Positions 1 to 12,541 of a stretch of 64,000 nucleotides of DNA are shown here, one piece after another (the stretch's first letter is position 1; the number at the start of each line of letters is the position of its first letter). A program made the translations under genes and the position numbers. The notes under the pieces are model-generated. The model was not told the DNA's origin, made no database searches, and saw only the letters and a list, made by a program, of their open reading frames with translations. Source of the DNA: the human T2T-CHM13v2.0 reference genome, Homo sapiens; the NCBI RefSeq assembly GCF_009914755.1, contig NC_060937.1; one strand, 5' to 3'.

Positions 1-39
1 TTATAAATTCAGCTTTGCAATCTCCTTTGAGTTACAGAC

Positions 40-1015
40 TCTCAGGCACAGGTGCCTATTCAATGTCACTTCTCAGATGCCTACTAGGCATACAAAATGA
101 CAATATGATTCTTCTATTCACCCCTAAAATGTGTGCTTCTTATACTCTTTCTCATTTCAGTTAGTGACACATCCATTCTGTTACTTAGGCCAAACTCTTT
201 GAGTCATCCATAGTGTTTAACATCTTCTCACATTACAATTTAATTCCTAATTCCTCAAAAAAAAAGTGGGTTCTAACAACATATCTGAAATTCGACCAGT
301 TCTCTCTATCTCTGCTGTTTTCATCATGATAAACTCTGTATTGTTCCTTTCCTGAATTATACTAAGTTTCTCCTAATTGATTTTCTTTATCACACTTGAC
401 TCCAAGAACATACTCTCAATTCAAGGGCTAAAGTGTCCTTCAAATTATGTTACATCGTGTTACTACTATGTCCAACACTTCCTGATGACTTCCCAACTCA
501 TCCACAGTGAAATTCAAGATCATCACACTGGCTTACCAGGCCTATGAGATGCACTCTCACCACATCCTCATTATTTATGTCATCACATTTTTTGTTTCTC
601 ATTCATTCACAGACCTAGTTCTTTGAAGCTAATAGTCAACTTGTGATTATTCTGTTGTGTTCTACCTATTGTGTTGCTGAATTAAAATGCTCTTCCTCAC
701 AATATGAATATGGCTCATTCCCTCAACACATTCCATTTTTTAGTCAGCAGCATTTTTATGAAGGTATTTCCTTACCACCCTATTTAAAATTGAAGCCCTT
801 AACACTCCTAATTATCTGTTCCAGTTTTTTGTTCCTCACAAAAAACATGACACATACTTTCAAAATTTCAGTGGTTTCTCTTTCAATGTGAAAAGGTATG
901 TACTATGAGGTTAGGGAAATATTGTTTATTTTGCCATCCCAAGCAAGACATGGTGTTTAATAAGCATTTGTTGAATAAATAAACAAATATTTGTTGAACA
1001 AATAAATGACTGACT
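40..1015 (+). mobile_element. L2 LINE 3' fragment
   Basis: Pyrimidine-rich degenerate L2-like body ending in typical L2 3' motifs 'gcatttgttgaataaataaac' and 'aatatttgttgaacaaataaatga'. Confidence 0.7.
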
Positions 1016-1774
1016 GATTTCACTGTTCCTAATCACTAGGACCATCTCGATCAATGTGAAGATATGAAAAACATCAGAAAGAGAAGAATGTTGTCAGGTG
1101 TTTCCAGAGCACCATAAAAGTCAAACACCACACCACATTCTGCCCCCACGTAGAATTAACACAAAATAATTTTGTAGAAAGGAGAGACACCTTAACTAAC
1201 AAGGTTAAATTTGAAATTGGTGAAAAAGAGAAAAGCACATACATATATGATCCAGAGACAGAACCCATGTTTTACAATGGAGAATAAAAGCAGTTACATT
1301 TATTGTATGCCTTAATTTCATGGTTTCACTGTATCATATTGGCTGTATATGGGACTAATATCTGATTACAAAAAAGTCTTATGCCATTTGCATAGAGATT
1401 TGAAAACACAAGGCTAAAACTAAAGGGTTATCATCCTAAATGCATGTTTGTAAATGTTTTCTAGAATTGTGACCCCTTGGTGATATTGCTGGGCAGAGAA
1501 GTTACTTTCAGAATTTATTGCTTTTTTTATGAAACATAGATTCTGATAACACTAGCTCTAAATGTCTAGTTACTCTAGACTGTTCTAAATTTTATGTCAA
1601 GATAGGTTGCAAAAGGAGACAAAGGAATAGAATACCATTTTAGGAGGGTATTGATGAGCCTAAATTTGAGGCTTAATAGAACATCTATAAACAGAGGCAC
1701 ATTTCTAGTTACTAAAAGGCCAAATTTTGAATTAGGTCTTTTTTTGAATGTGAACTTTTATCCCAAATGAGCAG

Positions 1775-2320
1775 TGTCAAGGCAAATATTTCACTAGACA
1801 AAGTTAAACAGCAGAGAATACTTTATCCAAGGGTATTGCAATTGTGGAGAGAGGCCAGCATTCAATCTGGGCTCTACTCTACACAAAGAACTGAAGCATT
1901 TTTAAGATGTAAGGTAAGAGGATCATAGGCCACATGTGTTTGCTAATTGGCTTTACTGAAAGGAAAAATGGACATTTTAATATTTTTATGACAGGAAGTA
2001 GTTTCACAACTTGGCTCAAGGCACCAGTACTAATGTAGGTTTTACCCTCCCATAGAAACTGGTAGATAGGGGTACTCAACTTGATGATTACATTTGAAAG
2101 GGATGGGGCTCAGGTCCTTGAGAAAAATACCCCTGGGTTGTTAAACTGTTAAGAGACTGCAAAAATATTTACATCTCAAAGGGACAGAGAAAGAATTTAC
2201 AGTTTCAAGAGTTCTAAATCAAATGGTATACAAAAAGGAAGGTCAGTGGCCTAGAGCAGGAACAAGCCTGTATAAAGTTTTTGAAGCTGAGGGGAATAAA
2301 TACTAACATCCTCTTGGTCA
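1775..2320 (-). mobile_element. ERV1 solo LTR, MER31/MER67-like
   Basis: TG...CA bounded ~545 bp segment; minus strand begins TGACCAAGAGG...CCCCTCAGCTT...AAACTTTA.ACAGGC, resembling the recalled MER67/MER31 start. Confidence 0.5.
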
Positions 2321-3429
2321 TGACTACTATGTACATCAGCATCAGCTCATCCCTAAAGGCAGATCAACACTGCCAGCCTAGCAAAACAGCACGACTTTAT
2401 CATCTTGTGGTTTGTAGTTGACTGAGAACCACATGCTATAAATATTTTATTTGTTTTTTCACAGCACTGACTTCTCAAGATGACAACTTTTAGACTCTCA
2501 ACGTTTGTAGATAGTCTTTGTTGATTTTTTTCCCACATGACACACTTTTTAATAACTCTATGGGATATGAAACTAATAACTGAATCGCAATGGTGATGAC
2601 CCCAACCTATTAACTTCAGCCTTCAATAACAGCGGGGATATGCCAGGATATAGAGAAGAAAAATATAATTGTCCTCAGTATTTTTTATTCTCACTAAGCA
2701 TAGTCCTTGTTGGAAAGGACATAGTCAAAATAATCTTTATAATTTAAGAAATTTTCTGTGGTAGTTCTACATTTTATTAGCATGAATCTTTGTTTTAAAA
2801 ATATTATTGTGTATATATATATGATGTAAATAACGATTTCGATACACATATAGATAGTAAAAAGGATTTTTTCTAGATAAAACCCTGAAGACAGTATAAC
2901 ATTATTGAGTTTTCTATGGAATTTTTTTTGTATTTCTGCTTTTTAATTATAGTTTTAGTTGACATGCAATAATTACACACATTTAAGGGGTACATAACAA
3001 TATTTTGATACATGTATACAAGGACCTTAGTATTTTTCATTCTCACTAATTATAATCTTTAATGGGGGGATGTCACTAAGAGTATCTTCATAATTTATTT
3101 CAAGAAATTGTCTGTAGTGGTTCTACATTTTATTAGTTTGAATCTGTTTTATATCTAGACAGCTTTCCTCAGTGTAGGTGGCTCTGTGCCTCATTGTCAG
3201 AGCTGATAGTAATTCCAACCACCATCTAAGTTTGTCATTTGTTTACAGCATTTATTTCTCACAGGAGAATAAAGCCAAAATTTTTTAATCAAGTTAGAAG
3301 ACATCGTTTGATAATTACATTGCTTTTTAATGTGTATGAATCTTAGCACCTTGAATTAGGAAAGATTGTCAATGACTGAATTAAACTGATAATACCTAAA
3401 AAAAAAATCCTGACAATTTTATAGTACTT

Positions 3430-3600
3430 ATTACGTATTATACATTAATTAACTCATTTATTCTTCACAATATTACTAAAGACAATATAAATATTATTGT
3501 TATTTTCAAAATAAGGAAACTGTGGCACAAAATGTTAAGTAATTTGCCTAAAATCATAAATTAGCACTTCACGAGTTTTGATCCCAAGCTGTCTGAATTT
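3430..3600 (-). mobile_element. MIR SINE
   Basis: MIR core 'aaggaaactgtggcacaaaatgttaagtaatttgcctaaaatca'. Confidence 0.75.
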
Positions 3601-4104
3601 AATTTTATAATCAAAAATTCATAAACTGTACTGCATCTCCTAAAACTTCTAAGAGAACCATATATAAAATTTAATTTTAAATATAACTTGAAACATGTCA
3701 TTTTCCTGAGTGTCTGTTTTATCTAATATATAATATCAGAATCAAATGTTGATACTACTTAATAATTTTATTTTATGTAACAAAATATAAAAAAGACTAT
3801 TAGCACAGATTGTGTGCATTTCATCATGCCAATATTATATCATTAACATATTAATTTCACTTATAATGCAGTTAGACATTGTGTAAGTTTTGTCTCAAAT
3901 ACAATTATGCAAAAAATTCTATCTAACACAAATTCATTTTAATTTTACATGTTTTGTCTCAGCTGATTTAATTTTGTGGAGGGGACCAATATTTTACAAA
4001 CAATAAAACAGAAATGCCTAACACCAGTTAATACTCTAAATCGACATTTGAAAATACCAATATTCTATTTTAAAAATATTCTAAGATCTATATCTATATC
4101 TATC

Positions 4105-4219
4105 TATGCTACTTAGCTTGTGATAATCACTTCACAATGTATACCTACATAAATCCTCACATTTTCAGCCTTAAATATGTACAAGTTTTATTTTTCAGTT
4201 CTACCTCAATAAAGCTGAA
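4105..4219 (+). mobile_element. L1M 3' terminal fragment
   Basis: 'gataatcacttcacaatgtatac...ccttaaatatgtacaa...tacctcaataaagctg' is a typical old L1 3' end. Confidence 0.75.
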
Positions 4220-4490
4220 TGTATATAAATTCATTATTTATAGCTATATATAAAATATATATAACATATATATATTTTATAATATATATATTATAAAAAA
4301 GCTAAAATGTATATATATTTGGGGAACCAAAAAGAAAAAGCATACAAAAAGGCATTTGTACAAATATATTTTACTTTAAAAATCAATGAGGAAACCAGAT
4401 TTTAAAAGGTGTATAGTTAATGAAAATAATTTTTCTATTCTTTAATTGAGTTGACATATACCCATGCACCTTTGAAAATATAATTCTACA

Positions 4491-4787
<297 letters not shown>

Positions 4788-5539
4788 CTACATATTGTAA
4801 AACATTTTATTTTAAAAAGCAGCATGTGCTTTGCTTTTTTTTCCCCCTAGTTATTTTGTATCTGATGCGCAATACTAGATGCTCCATTTATTGGCATATC
4901 CTGTGTATGCGTCTGCATGTATAAAGGTGGCACATTTCTTCTTCATTTTAGGACTTCTGGATTAATGGGAAACCAACTAGACTTAAATTGAAGGGTCAGA
5001 GGTTTCTGGTGTCTTTCTTAACATTGCCTAGGGGGATTCTTCTCACTGCAGAAATTTCACATTCAATCACAGTATACCCTGGGGTCATTAGTCATGGTCT
5101 TGGCAGGTTAGATAAATAGTTATTAAAAATAAGGACAAGTCTGAGGTAGCTAAATTAAAAGCAAAATACCAGTTATAGTGTTACTTGAACTAGTTAAGTT
5201 CAAATAGAGCAGAATCACAACTGTCAGATTATAGATTTACAAAAGCATATTTTGACTCTATGGTAATAGGCAATTTAAATCAAAAATCTATTTTTGTACA
5301 AGGTTATTCTCAGGACCTGTGAGAACCTGTTATCTTCCTATCACATATATGATTTGTTGAGCAGGATTGATTAAAAAAATGAATTAAGTCAGAATAGAAA
5401 ACAAAATGAGAAGGAAAATTAGAAGACTGCATGATAAATGAAAACTATGAGTCAATTCAAAGAGACTTTTTATTAATTTATGAGTACAGAAGTTCGTTCC
5501 TTTATTTCTGACTAGAAATTTTTAGCAACAAGTAGAATC

Positions 5540-6000
5540 TAATCATTCATATTGCATTAGTAAATATGTATTAACCACTGTGCTAAGATTATGTCATAGT
5601 TCCTACAGTCACAAAGTATAATCTACTTAATTCATTCATTAATTGGGAAAAAAAATCATTGTTTTCTTATAAAATACTATCATAGAGAAAACTGGGAGAC
5701 CAACTTTTAATAAATACACAAATAAATGAATACATTTATTAATATAGTGTTACATATTTTGAAGAAAATTTAAATATAGAGCTATTACTTACGGGGTCTG
5801 GTGGGATGGGCAGCATTGTATATAGTGCTTAGAGAAGGTCTTTCTGAAGAGCTAATGTTATTTATGAGATTTAAATGGTGAGAAAGAGACAGATGTTAGA
5901 AGACAGGATTTAGACAGAAAGATTATCTAGGGCAGAGGCTCTAAGGCAAGGATGAATGACAAGAATGTTTAAAGGGAAGATCAAAGAGCAATGTGGAAAT
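5540..6000 (-). mobile_element. L2 fragment
   Basis: 'cattcat...aaatatgtattaaccactgtgctaag' and 'agagaaggtctttctgaagagctaatg' are antisense L2 motifs. Confidence 0.5.
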
Positions 6001-6464
6001 GATAGTGTATAAGTTATCAGCGAAGGTGTTAAGCACTCTACAGAGCCTCACTGGCTTGTACCTAAGTAGAAGATAGGTAAAACTTTTCTACTCAAGAACA
6101 CTCGAGTTGATAATTTATGACAAACAGTCAATGACAAAGCAGGGTGCCAACTATTTTGGTAAAATATCAGATAGTAAAAGTTTTAGGCTTCATTGGCCAA
6201 AAGGCAAAATTGAGGATATCATATGTCTGCTTATATATCAAACAAGAAGACACATTTCCATATTTTTGTTGACCAGAATAAAAACATAATAATAATTAGA
6301 CTTATAATATGAATCTACTGATAAAAACAACTGAATTCTTTACTGGGAAATAGCATTTTGCTTAATTGAGATTCAGGGTTTATTTTACCTATCATCAAAA
6401 TTGATTGCAAATGCTCATCTGTTAATACTCATCTATAATGAAATTTTACATATTTTATCTTTGA

Positions 6465-6759
6465 TTTTTTTTTTTTTGACATGGAGTCTCACTCTGTTGC
6501 CCAGGCTGGAATACCGTGGTGTAATTTCGACTCACTACAGCCTCCACCTCCCGGGTTCCAGTAATTCTCCTGCCTCAGCTTCCAGAGCAGCTGAGATTAC
6601 AGGCATGCACAACTACACCCAGGTAATTTTTGTATTTGTAGTAGAGACGGGTCTACACCATGCTGGCCAGGCTGGTCTCAAACTCCTGACCTCAGGTGAT
6701 CCACCTACCTTGGCCTCCCAAAGTGCTAGGATTACAGGAATGAGCCACTGTGCCCGGCC
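6465..6759 (-). mobile_element. AluS SINE
   Basis: Poly-T then antisense Alu dimer ending 'tgcccggcc'. Confidence 0.95.
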
Positions 6760-7687
6760 TGATATTGTTTTTAACACAGAGATACTGCCAAATATTGATA
6801 TCAGTTCATAAGCATATTATTATAATTGAGCACATAAAACATTTGGAAGGTATTCTACTAGATTCTTCTCTTGATATTTGCCTTTTAGCATATCATTATA
6901 TTATTATATTGCAGTTGTCACTTCCAGTTAAAGGTTAGGTAGGAGTTTCTCAATTGTATAATTACATTCATTTTGAAATATTAAATTTTCTTTAATAGCT
7001 ACATCAATTTTCAAATACCAGTCCTGAAACTGTAGTTTGAACTCAGAGAAAATACATTTTACTGCAAATTTGCATGGGAATGAAGAACAACCTTTTTGTT
7101 ATAAGTTATGAAAGCACAGAGAGAATGTACAGCAGATTGGCATTTTGCTAAATGATTTATTGTTTAGTTGTTGAAATTACATTATAGTAGTCAACACTTT
7201 CCATGTAAGCACTATTCTGCTTTGTAATTTTTGAATTAGTTTTGATAAATATCTACAAATGTTTACAATAAAAGCTAATTTCAAAGCGTTTCAATGAAGT
7301 GATTGGGGTGATTCTTCTTTAGAAAAATTTCAATCACGTCGATCTGTCCAAATAATTAGTATAAAATGTTACCACTGCTAAACGACCTAATTATTATGCA
7401 GGTAGGTTAGGATTCTTCAATTTTCCATAAAAATATTTATAGAATTGACAATGGTTACATAGACAAGGATAAATGAAGTTCACATGATAGATTCAAACAT
7501 TTTCTTCAACTAGATGCTGGTAATAGGGAATAACAAAAGATTTTATATACCTTGCATTTTCACATACTATAAATTTTTCCAATTACGTACTTTTTGATGC
7601 ACATACATTTTTACCACCAATATTTGTAAACCATCTTAGCAGATTCCATTTCTGGATGTACGAAATCAGTTTTAACTTGACATATTT

Positions 7688-7727
7688 GAAAAAATTCAAG
7701 TGAGAATATTTTCACTTGAATTTTTTC
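7688..7727. repeat. 40-bp near-perfect palindrome
   Basis: GAAAAAATTCAAGTGA-G-AATATT-T-TCACTTGAATTTTTTC: perfect 16-bp arms with a self-complementary centre and one mismatch. Confidence 0.95.
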
Positions 7728-8075
7728 CTTGTAGACTACAAAGAGAAATTAATTCTTCAAATACTTCAAACTGGTCATTAACCTACTGAAAAATCGATCA
7801 CAGTTGAAGTGTTAATAATACCTCTCAACTCATCAAGTACCATGGACCACCACCCTAAGTCATATCCTTTACTTTTATTTAAAATAATTATATAATATTC
7901 TGCTCTAAATTTCATCTTGAATGAATTCGATAGCTATTCTTGTATACTTGGCATATGTCATGCTCCTTTGTTTTTCAACATTGAAATTTCATTTATATCT
8001 GGAAAATAAGACTTACCTATGAGGTTAAGGGACTTATATATTGTGAGTTAAGAAAGTCATTTTTAGAAAAATTCC

Positions 8076-8368
8076 GCCGGGCTCGGTGGCTCATGCCTGT
8101 AATCCCAGCACTTTGGGACGCAGAGGCGGGTGGATCATGATGTCAGAAGTTCAAGACCAGCATGGACAAAATGGTGAAACCCCATCTCTTCTAAAAAGAC
8201 AAAAATTAGCCAGGCGTGGTGGCAGGCACCTCTAATCCCAGCTACTTGAGAGGCTGAGGCAGAGAATTGTGTCAACCTGGGAGGCAGAGGTTGCAGTGAG
8301 CCAAGACTGTGCCACTGCATTCCAGCCTGGGTGACAAAGTGAGACTCCATCTCAAAAAAAAAAAAAAA
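8076..8368 (+). mobile_element. AluS (Sg-like) SINE
   Basis: Full Alu dimer with A tail. Confidence 0.95.
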
Positions 8369-8481
8369 TCCACATTCTTAAAATCCAGGGCAAGTTCCTC
8401 TGCTTTAAATTTGGCCATTTGATTCTTTCATATGGGACTTTGTAGCTGGGCAAGTGATTCAATGGTTTAGAAATAGTTTGA

Positions 8482-8814
<333 letters not shown>

Positions 8815-9798
8815 TGTATATCAAATTTTTGAAGAAATCTCTATTCTTTTTTAGATCTTTTCGAGAAACAGCCCTTGGTACTAATGTAAGTATCATGGAA
8901 CCCATGTAACCAGAATATTTATTTCTCTCAGTCAGTATGACATTATCTGATCCACAAAGTATAAAGACAGGCATTACTAGTAGCCCTTCATCATCAAGTC
9001 CACTTAGAGAACCCTAACATAGTCTCTTAAAATTGACTATGATTGTTTTAAGAGAAAGAAAAAAAAAGTTCCAGCAGGGCTTCCATTTTATTCTGCAGAG
9101 TGTGTTTATTCCAAAAAGGGATGTTACTAAAGTAGGATAAGAATATAAATGTTTCCCATGGAGAGATTTGGTATAGAACATCTTCACTGTTCACTTTGGT
9201 ATAGAGGAGTAAGTCACAAGGTTAGGACCTATACCAATAAATAAGCAATGGCAAATAAATGCACTGGATTCATGTGACATTCACAGATAATAGCCTAAGT
9301 TGCATTTTTGTCTTCTGTAAATTAACCATAATTATCATAAAGAAAACCATCTTCCAGCTTAAAAAAAAATGTGTCTCTCAGGGCCCATTGTAGCCAATAC
9401 TACTAAGAGACATAGTTATACCAATGAAATATAAACAAAAAGCACTGGATAAGCATTTTTGGAATACTCTTTTAAATATACCTAGTTGACTGGCATGTAC
9501 TATTTTTCCCAGGTCTAGAAAATAGGTGCAATATTTAAGTGGAAGAGCCTTTCTCAGACTATGAAGCAACAAACTGCAGTCAAATGGTGGTTGAATATAA
9601 TTTTATGGAGAGTGTAAGGGTTTTATACTCATGGAACTGTTCTAAATATACTGGCATACTTTCACTTAAAATGTCAAATTTATTTAAACCATGTTTTATT
9701 TAGATTTAATTTTACTTACAGCTCTTGTATCATATGGACAGTAGGATAGATCTAACTAAATATGACACACAGAATAATTTGGATTTATTTTCTTCACC

Positions 9799-10093
9799 TT
9801 TTTTTTTTTTTTTTTGAGACGGAGTCTCACTCTGTCGCCAGGCTGGAGTGCAGTGGCACGATATCGGCTAACTGCAACCTCTGACTCCCTGGTTCAAGTG
9901 ATTCTCCTGCCTCAGCCTCCCAAGTTTCTGGGATTACAGGCACGCGACACCACACCCAGTTAATTTTTCTATTTTTAGAAGAGACAGGGATTCACCATTT
10001 TGGCCAGGATGGTCTCGATCTCCTGACATTGTGATCCACCCACCTCAGCCTCACAAAGTGCTAGGATTACAGGTGTGAGCCACCGCACCCAGC
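9799..10093 (-). mobile_element. AluSc-like SINE
   Basis: Antisense dimer; TSD 'tttcttcacc' on both sides. Confidence 0.95.
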
Positions 10094-10268
10094 TTTCTTC
10101 ACCCTTTTGCTTTCTGCCATGGCATTATGTATCAAGAAGGCCCTTGAAAGTTTTACCAGCCCTTTCACCTTGGACTTCCTGGTCTCTAGAATGGTGAGAA
10201 ATAAATTTATGTGGTTTATAATTTACATAGTCTCAGGTATTCCATAATAGCAGCACAAAATGAATACA
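10094..10268 (+). mobile_element. MaLR LTR 3' half (MLT1A/MSTD-like)
   Basis: 'ccttggacttcctggtctctagaatggtgagaaataaattt...gtctcaggtattcc.taatagcagcacaaaatg'. Confidence 0.75.
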
Positions 10269-11176
10269 TGCATAGACAATGATAAATAATAACAAATGTT
10301 TTGAAAGCTGTTTATTTTTTGGAGGGGGATCAGCTACTCTGTGACATCACAAAAATAATTACAGATTGATTACAAAACAGTTGTGGAATATTACTTCAGA
10401 GGTCATAAACCTTAGAATTGTATGGGTAATTAAAACTAGTCTGGTTTGCCAAATTAGGATATTTTAATGGCTTTTAGTATGTTACATTAACTTTTGAGAA
10501 GGCTACGTTTTAATATTATATAAAAATATTACAATTTGAAAAATGCTAAACAGGATAAAATGCTACCATGTTTTTCAAATAGTTATCTGTTTCTTTCCAG
10601 GGCCATATAGCTTCATCATAGTAATCCCCAGCCCAAAATAAGTAGCCAGTGAGTCACTAAGAAAAACTGGAGTACTAAGGCTGCCTATTGGGAGATGATC
10701 AATCTATCAACAAGAACTTATTATCTTGTTGAAAGTCATTGACATTTAATGAGATATGACATAATGATATTCCACCAAATACAGTAAAATTTGACAGATT
10801 AATCTGGGGAATTTGACATCTTAGTAATGATGATTTTTTTCATCCCATCTGTTATAATTACCATATATTGTGTAATACAAATTTAGACGTACTGCTTTAG
10901 CTGCCTTTCACAAGTTTCAAGAAGTAATATTTACATACTGAGTTCTAAGGAATTTTATTTGTATTATTATTTTTGTATGTGCTCATTAAATTTTTATGTC
11001 CAAAGGGTCTTTTGTTATTTTACTATTGTTACTAATGTCTATAGTGATAACAATATGGCTGAAAAATAAGGCCTACGATACTAATTTTTTAATAAGATAT
11101 GACCAGCACATGATTACTTATCCAAATATATCATGGGTTTTTGAAATAATGTATATGCTTTAGTTTGGAAGGGCTG

Positions 11177-11545
11177 TGATATGGTTTGGTTCTGTGTCCC
11201 CACCCAAATCTCATCTCGAATTGTATCCCCAGGTGTTGAGGGAGGGACCAAGTGGGAGGTGATTGGACCATGGGGGGAGATTTGCCCTTTGCTGTTCTCC
11301 TGATAGTGAGTGAGTTCTCAGGAGATCTGATGGTTTAGAAGTGTGGCACTTCCCCCTTCACTCTTTCTCTTTCTCCTGCCTCTGTGGGAAGATGTGCCTT
11401 GCTTCCCCTTTGCCTTCCACCACGATTGTAGGTTTCCTGAGACCTCCCCAGCCATGCAAAACTGTGAGTCAGTTAAACCTCTTTTCTTCATAAATTACCC
11501 AATCTCAGATAGTTCTTTGTAGTATTGTGAAAACAGACTAATACA
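11177..11545 (+). mobile_element. MaLR solo LTR (THE1D/MSTA-like)
   Basis: TGATATGGTTTGG...GACTAATACA termini; perfect 5-bp TSD GGCTG (11172-11176, 11546-11550). Confidence 0.92.
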
Positions 11546-11905
11546 GGCTGCATTCCATGTATTTTATTCAGCTTAAACATGTTAATTTTGTTGTTAAAAT
11601 TTTTATACATATATTGAACTATATATGCATTTAGTCTGTCATTGACATAGCTATCCTTGTTCTATCATTTTTGCTTTGTATATTTTTAAGCTCTTTTATT
11701 ACTGTAAATTTAAAACAAATATATCTAATATGTACTAAAACTTTTTGAGTCTGTATTGGTCTTGATCTTGAGTTACAGGTTTTGTTTTGGTTTGCACTCA
11801 TAATTGTTTTGCCTTAAACTTATTTTACTTTTGACCATCTTTAAGCATTAGAAAGTTTTTTTTTAAAATAGTGTACATTTGGATTTTTTTTATTTAGTCC
11901 GATAA

Positions 11906-11990
11906 TTTTTTTAATTTAGAGACAGGGTCTTGCTAGATTGTCCAGGTTGGGCATAACCTTCTGGGCTCAGGCAATTCTCTTACCTTAGCC
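11906..11990 (-). mobile_element. Degenerate Alu monomer (FLAM/AluJ)
   Basis: 'tagagacagggtcttgc..gattgtccaggttgg...ctgggctcaggcaattctcttaccttagcc'. Confidence 0.75.
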
Positions 11991-12282
11991 TGTCTCATAG
12001 TCTTCAGCTGTGAAACTGTCTTTAGACATGAAACTCAATTGGCAATGTTTTTTTCTTAGAGGGAATTTTTAAGGCATTTTTACCATTAATATTTTTAAAA
12101 TAGTTAATATTTTCATCTATTTCTATAATTTTATGTTTTGCTTTATTTTACATCAATTTTCATATTGTTTATTTTTTAAATTTTGGCTTATTTTAGAGTG
12201 ATAGTTATAGGTTGGTTTTTAATTTATTTGGCCCCAGCCCCAAATCTGAGGATTGGCGTTTTTAAACAATTCTGAGAAACAA

Positions 12283-12541
12283 TCATTCTGATGTGGGCTT
12301 CGACTTCATTTACATAGAGTGTACACCAAGTAACCAATGGGAAACCACTAGAGGGTTTCCTCAGAAAACTCTGTAATCGGGCTCTTGAGCACCTTTTCTC
12401 AGGCCAGCTCCTACCCTGTAGAGTGTACTTTCATTTTCAGTAAATCTCTGCTTTTGTTGCTTCATTCTTTCCTTGCTTTGTGCATTTTGTCCAGTTCTTT
12501 GTTCAAAACGCCAAGGAGCCGGACACGCTCCACCGGTAACA
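12283..12541 (+). mobile_element. MER41B-like LTR, 3' half only
   Basis: 'gtgtacaccaagtaaccaatgggaaacc...ttctttgttcaaaacgccaag...ctccaccggtaaca' matches the recalled MER41 3' end. Confidence 0.85.

Larger units (their letters stand above)
6140..7900 (-). mobile_element. hAT-Charlie DNA transposon fossil (Cheshire/MER58-related), interrupted by an Alu
   Basis: Terminus 'cagggtgccaactatttt..taaaatatcagatagtaaaagttttaggctt' resembles the MER58/Cheshire end. The minus strand near 7850-7800 reads WSMVLDELRGIINTS, like the hAT FSLALDESTD motif. Right boundary uncertain. Confidence 0.55.

Noticed and set aside
12270-12278. GAS-like TTCTGAGAA beside the MER41 fragment
   Set aside because: Lies outside the recognisable LTR; a single TTCNNNGAA is frequent by chance.
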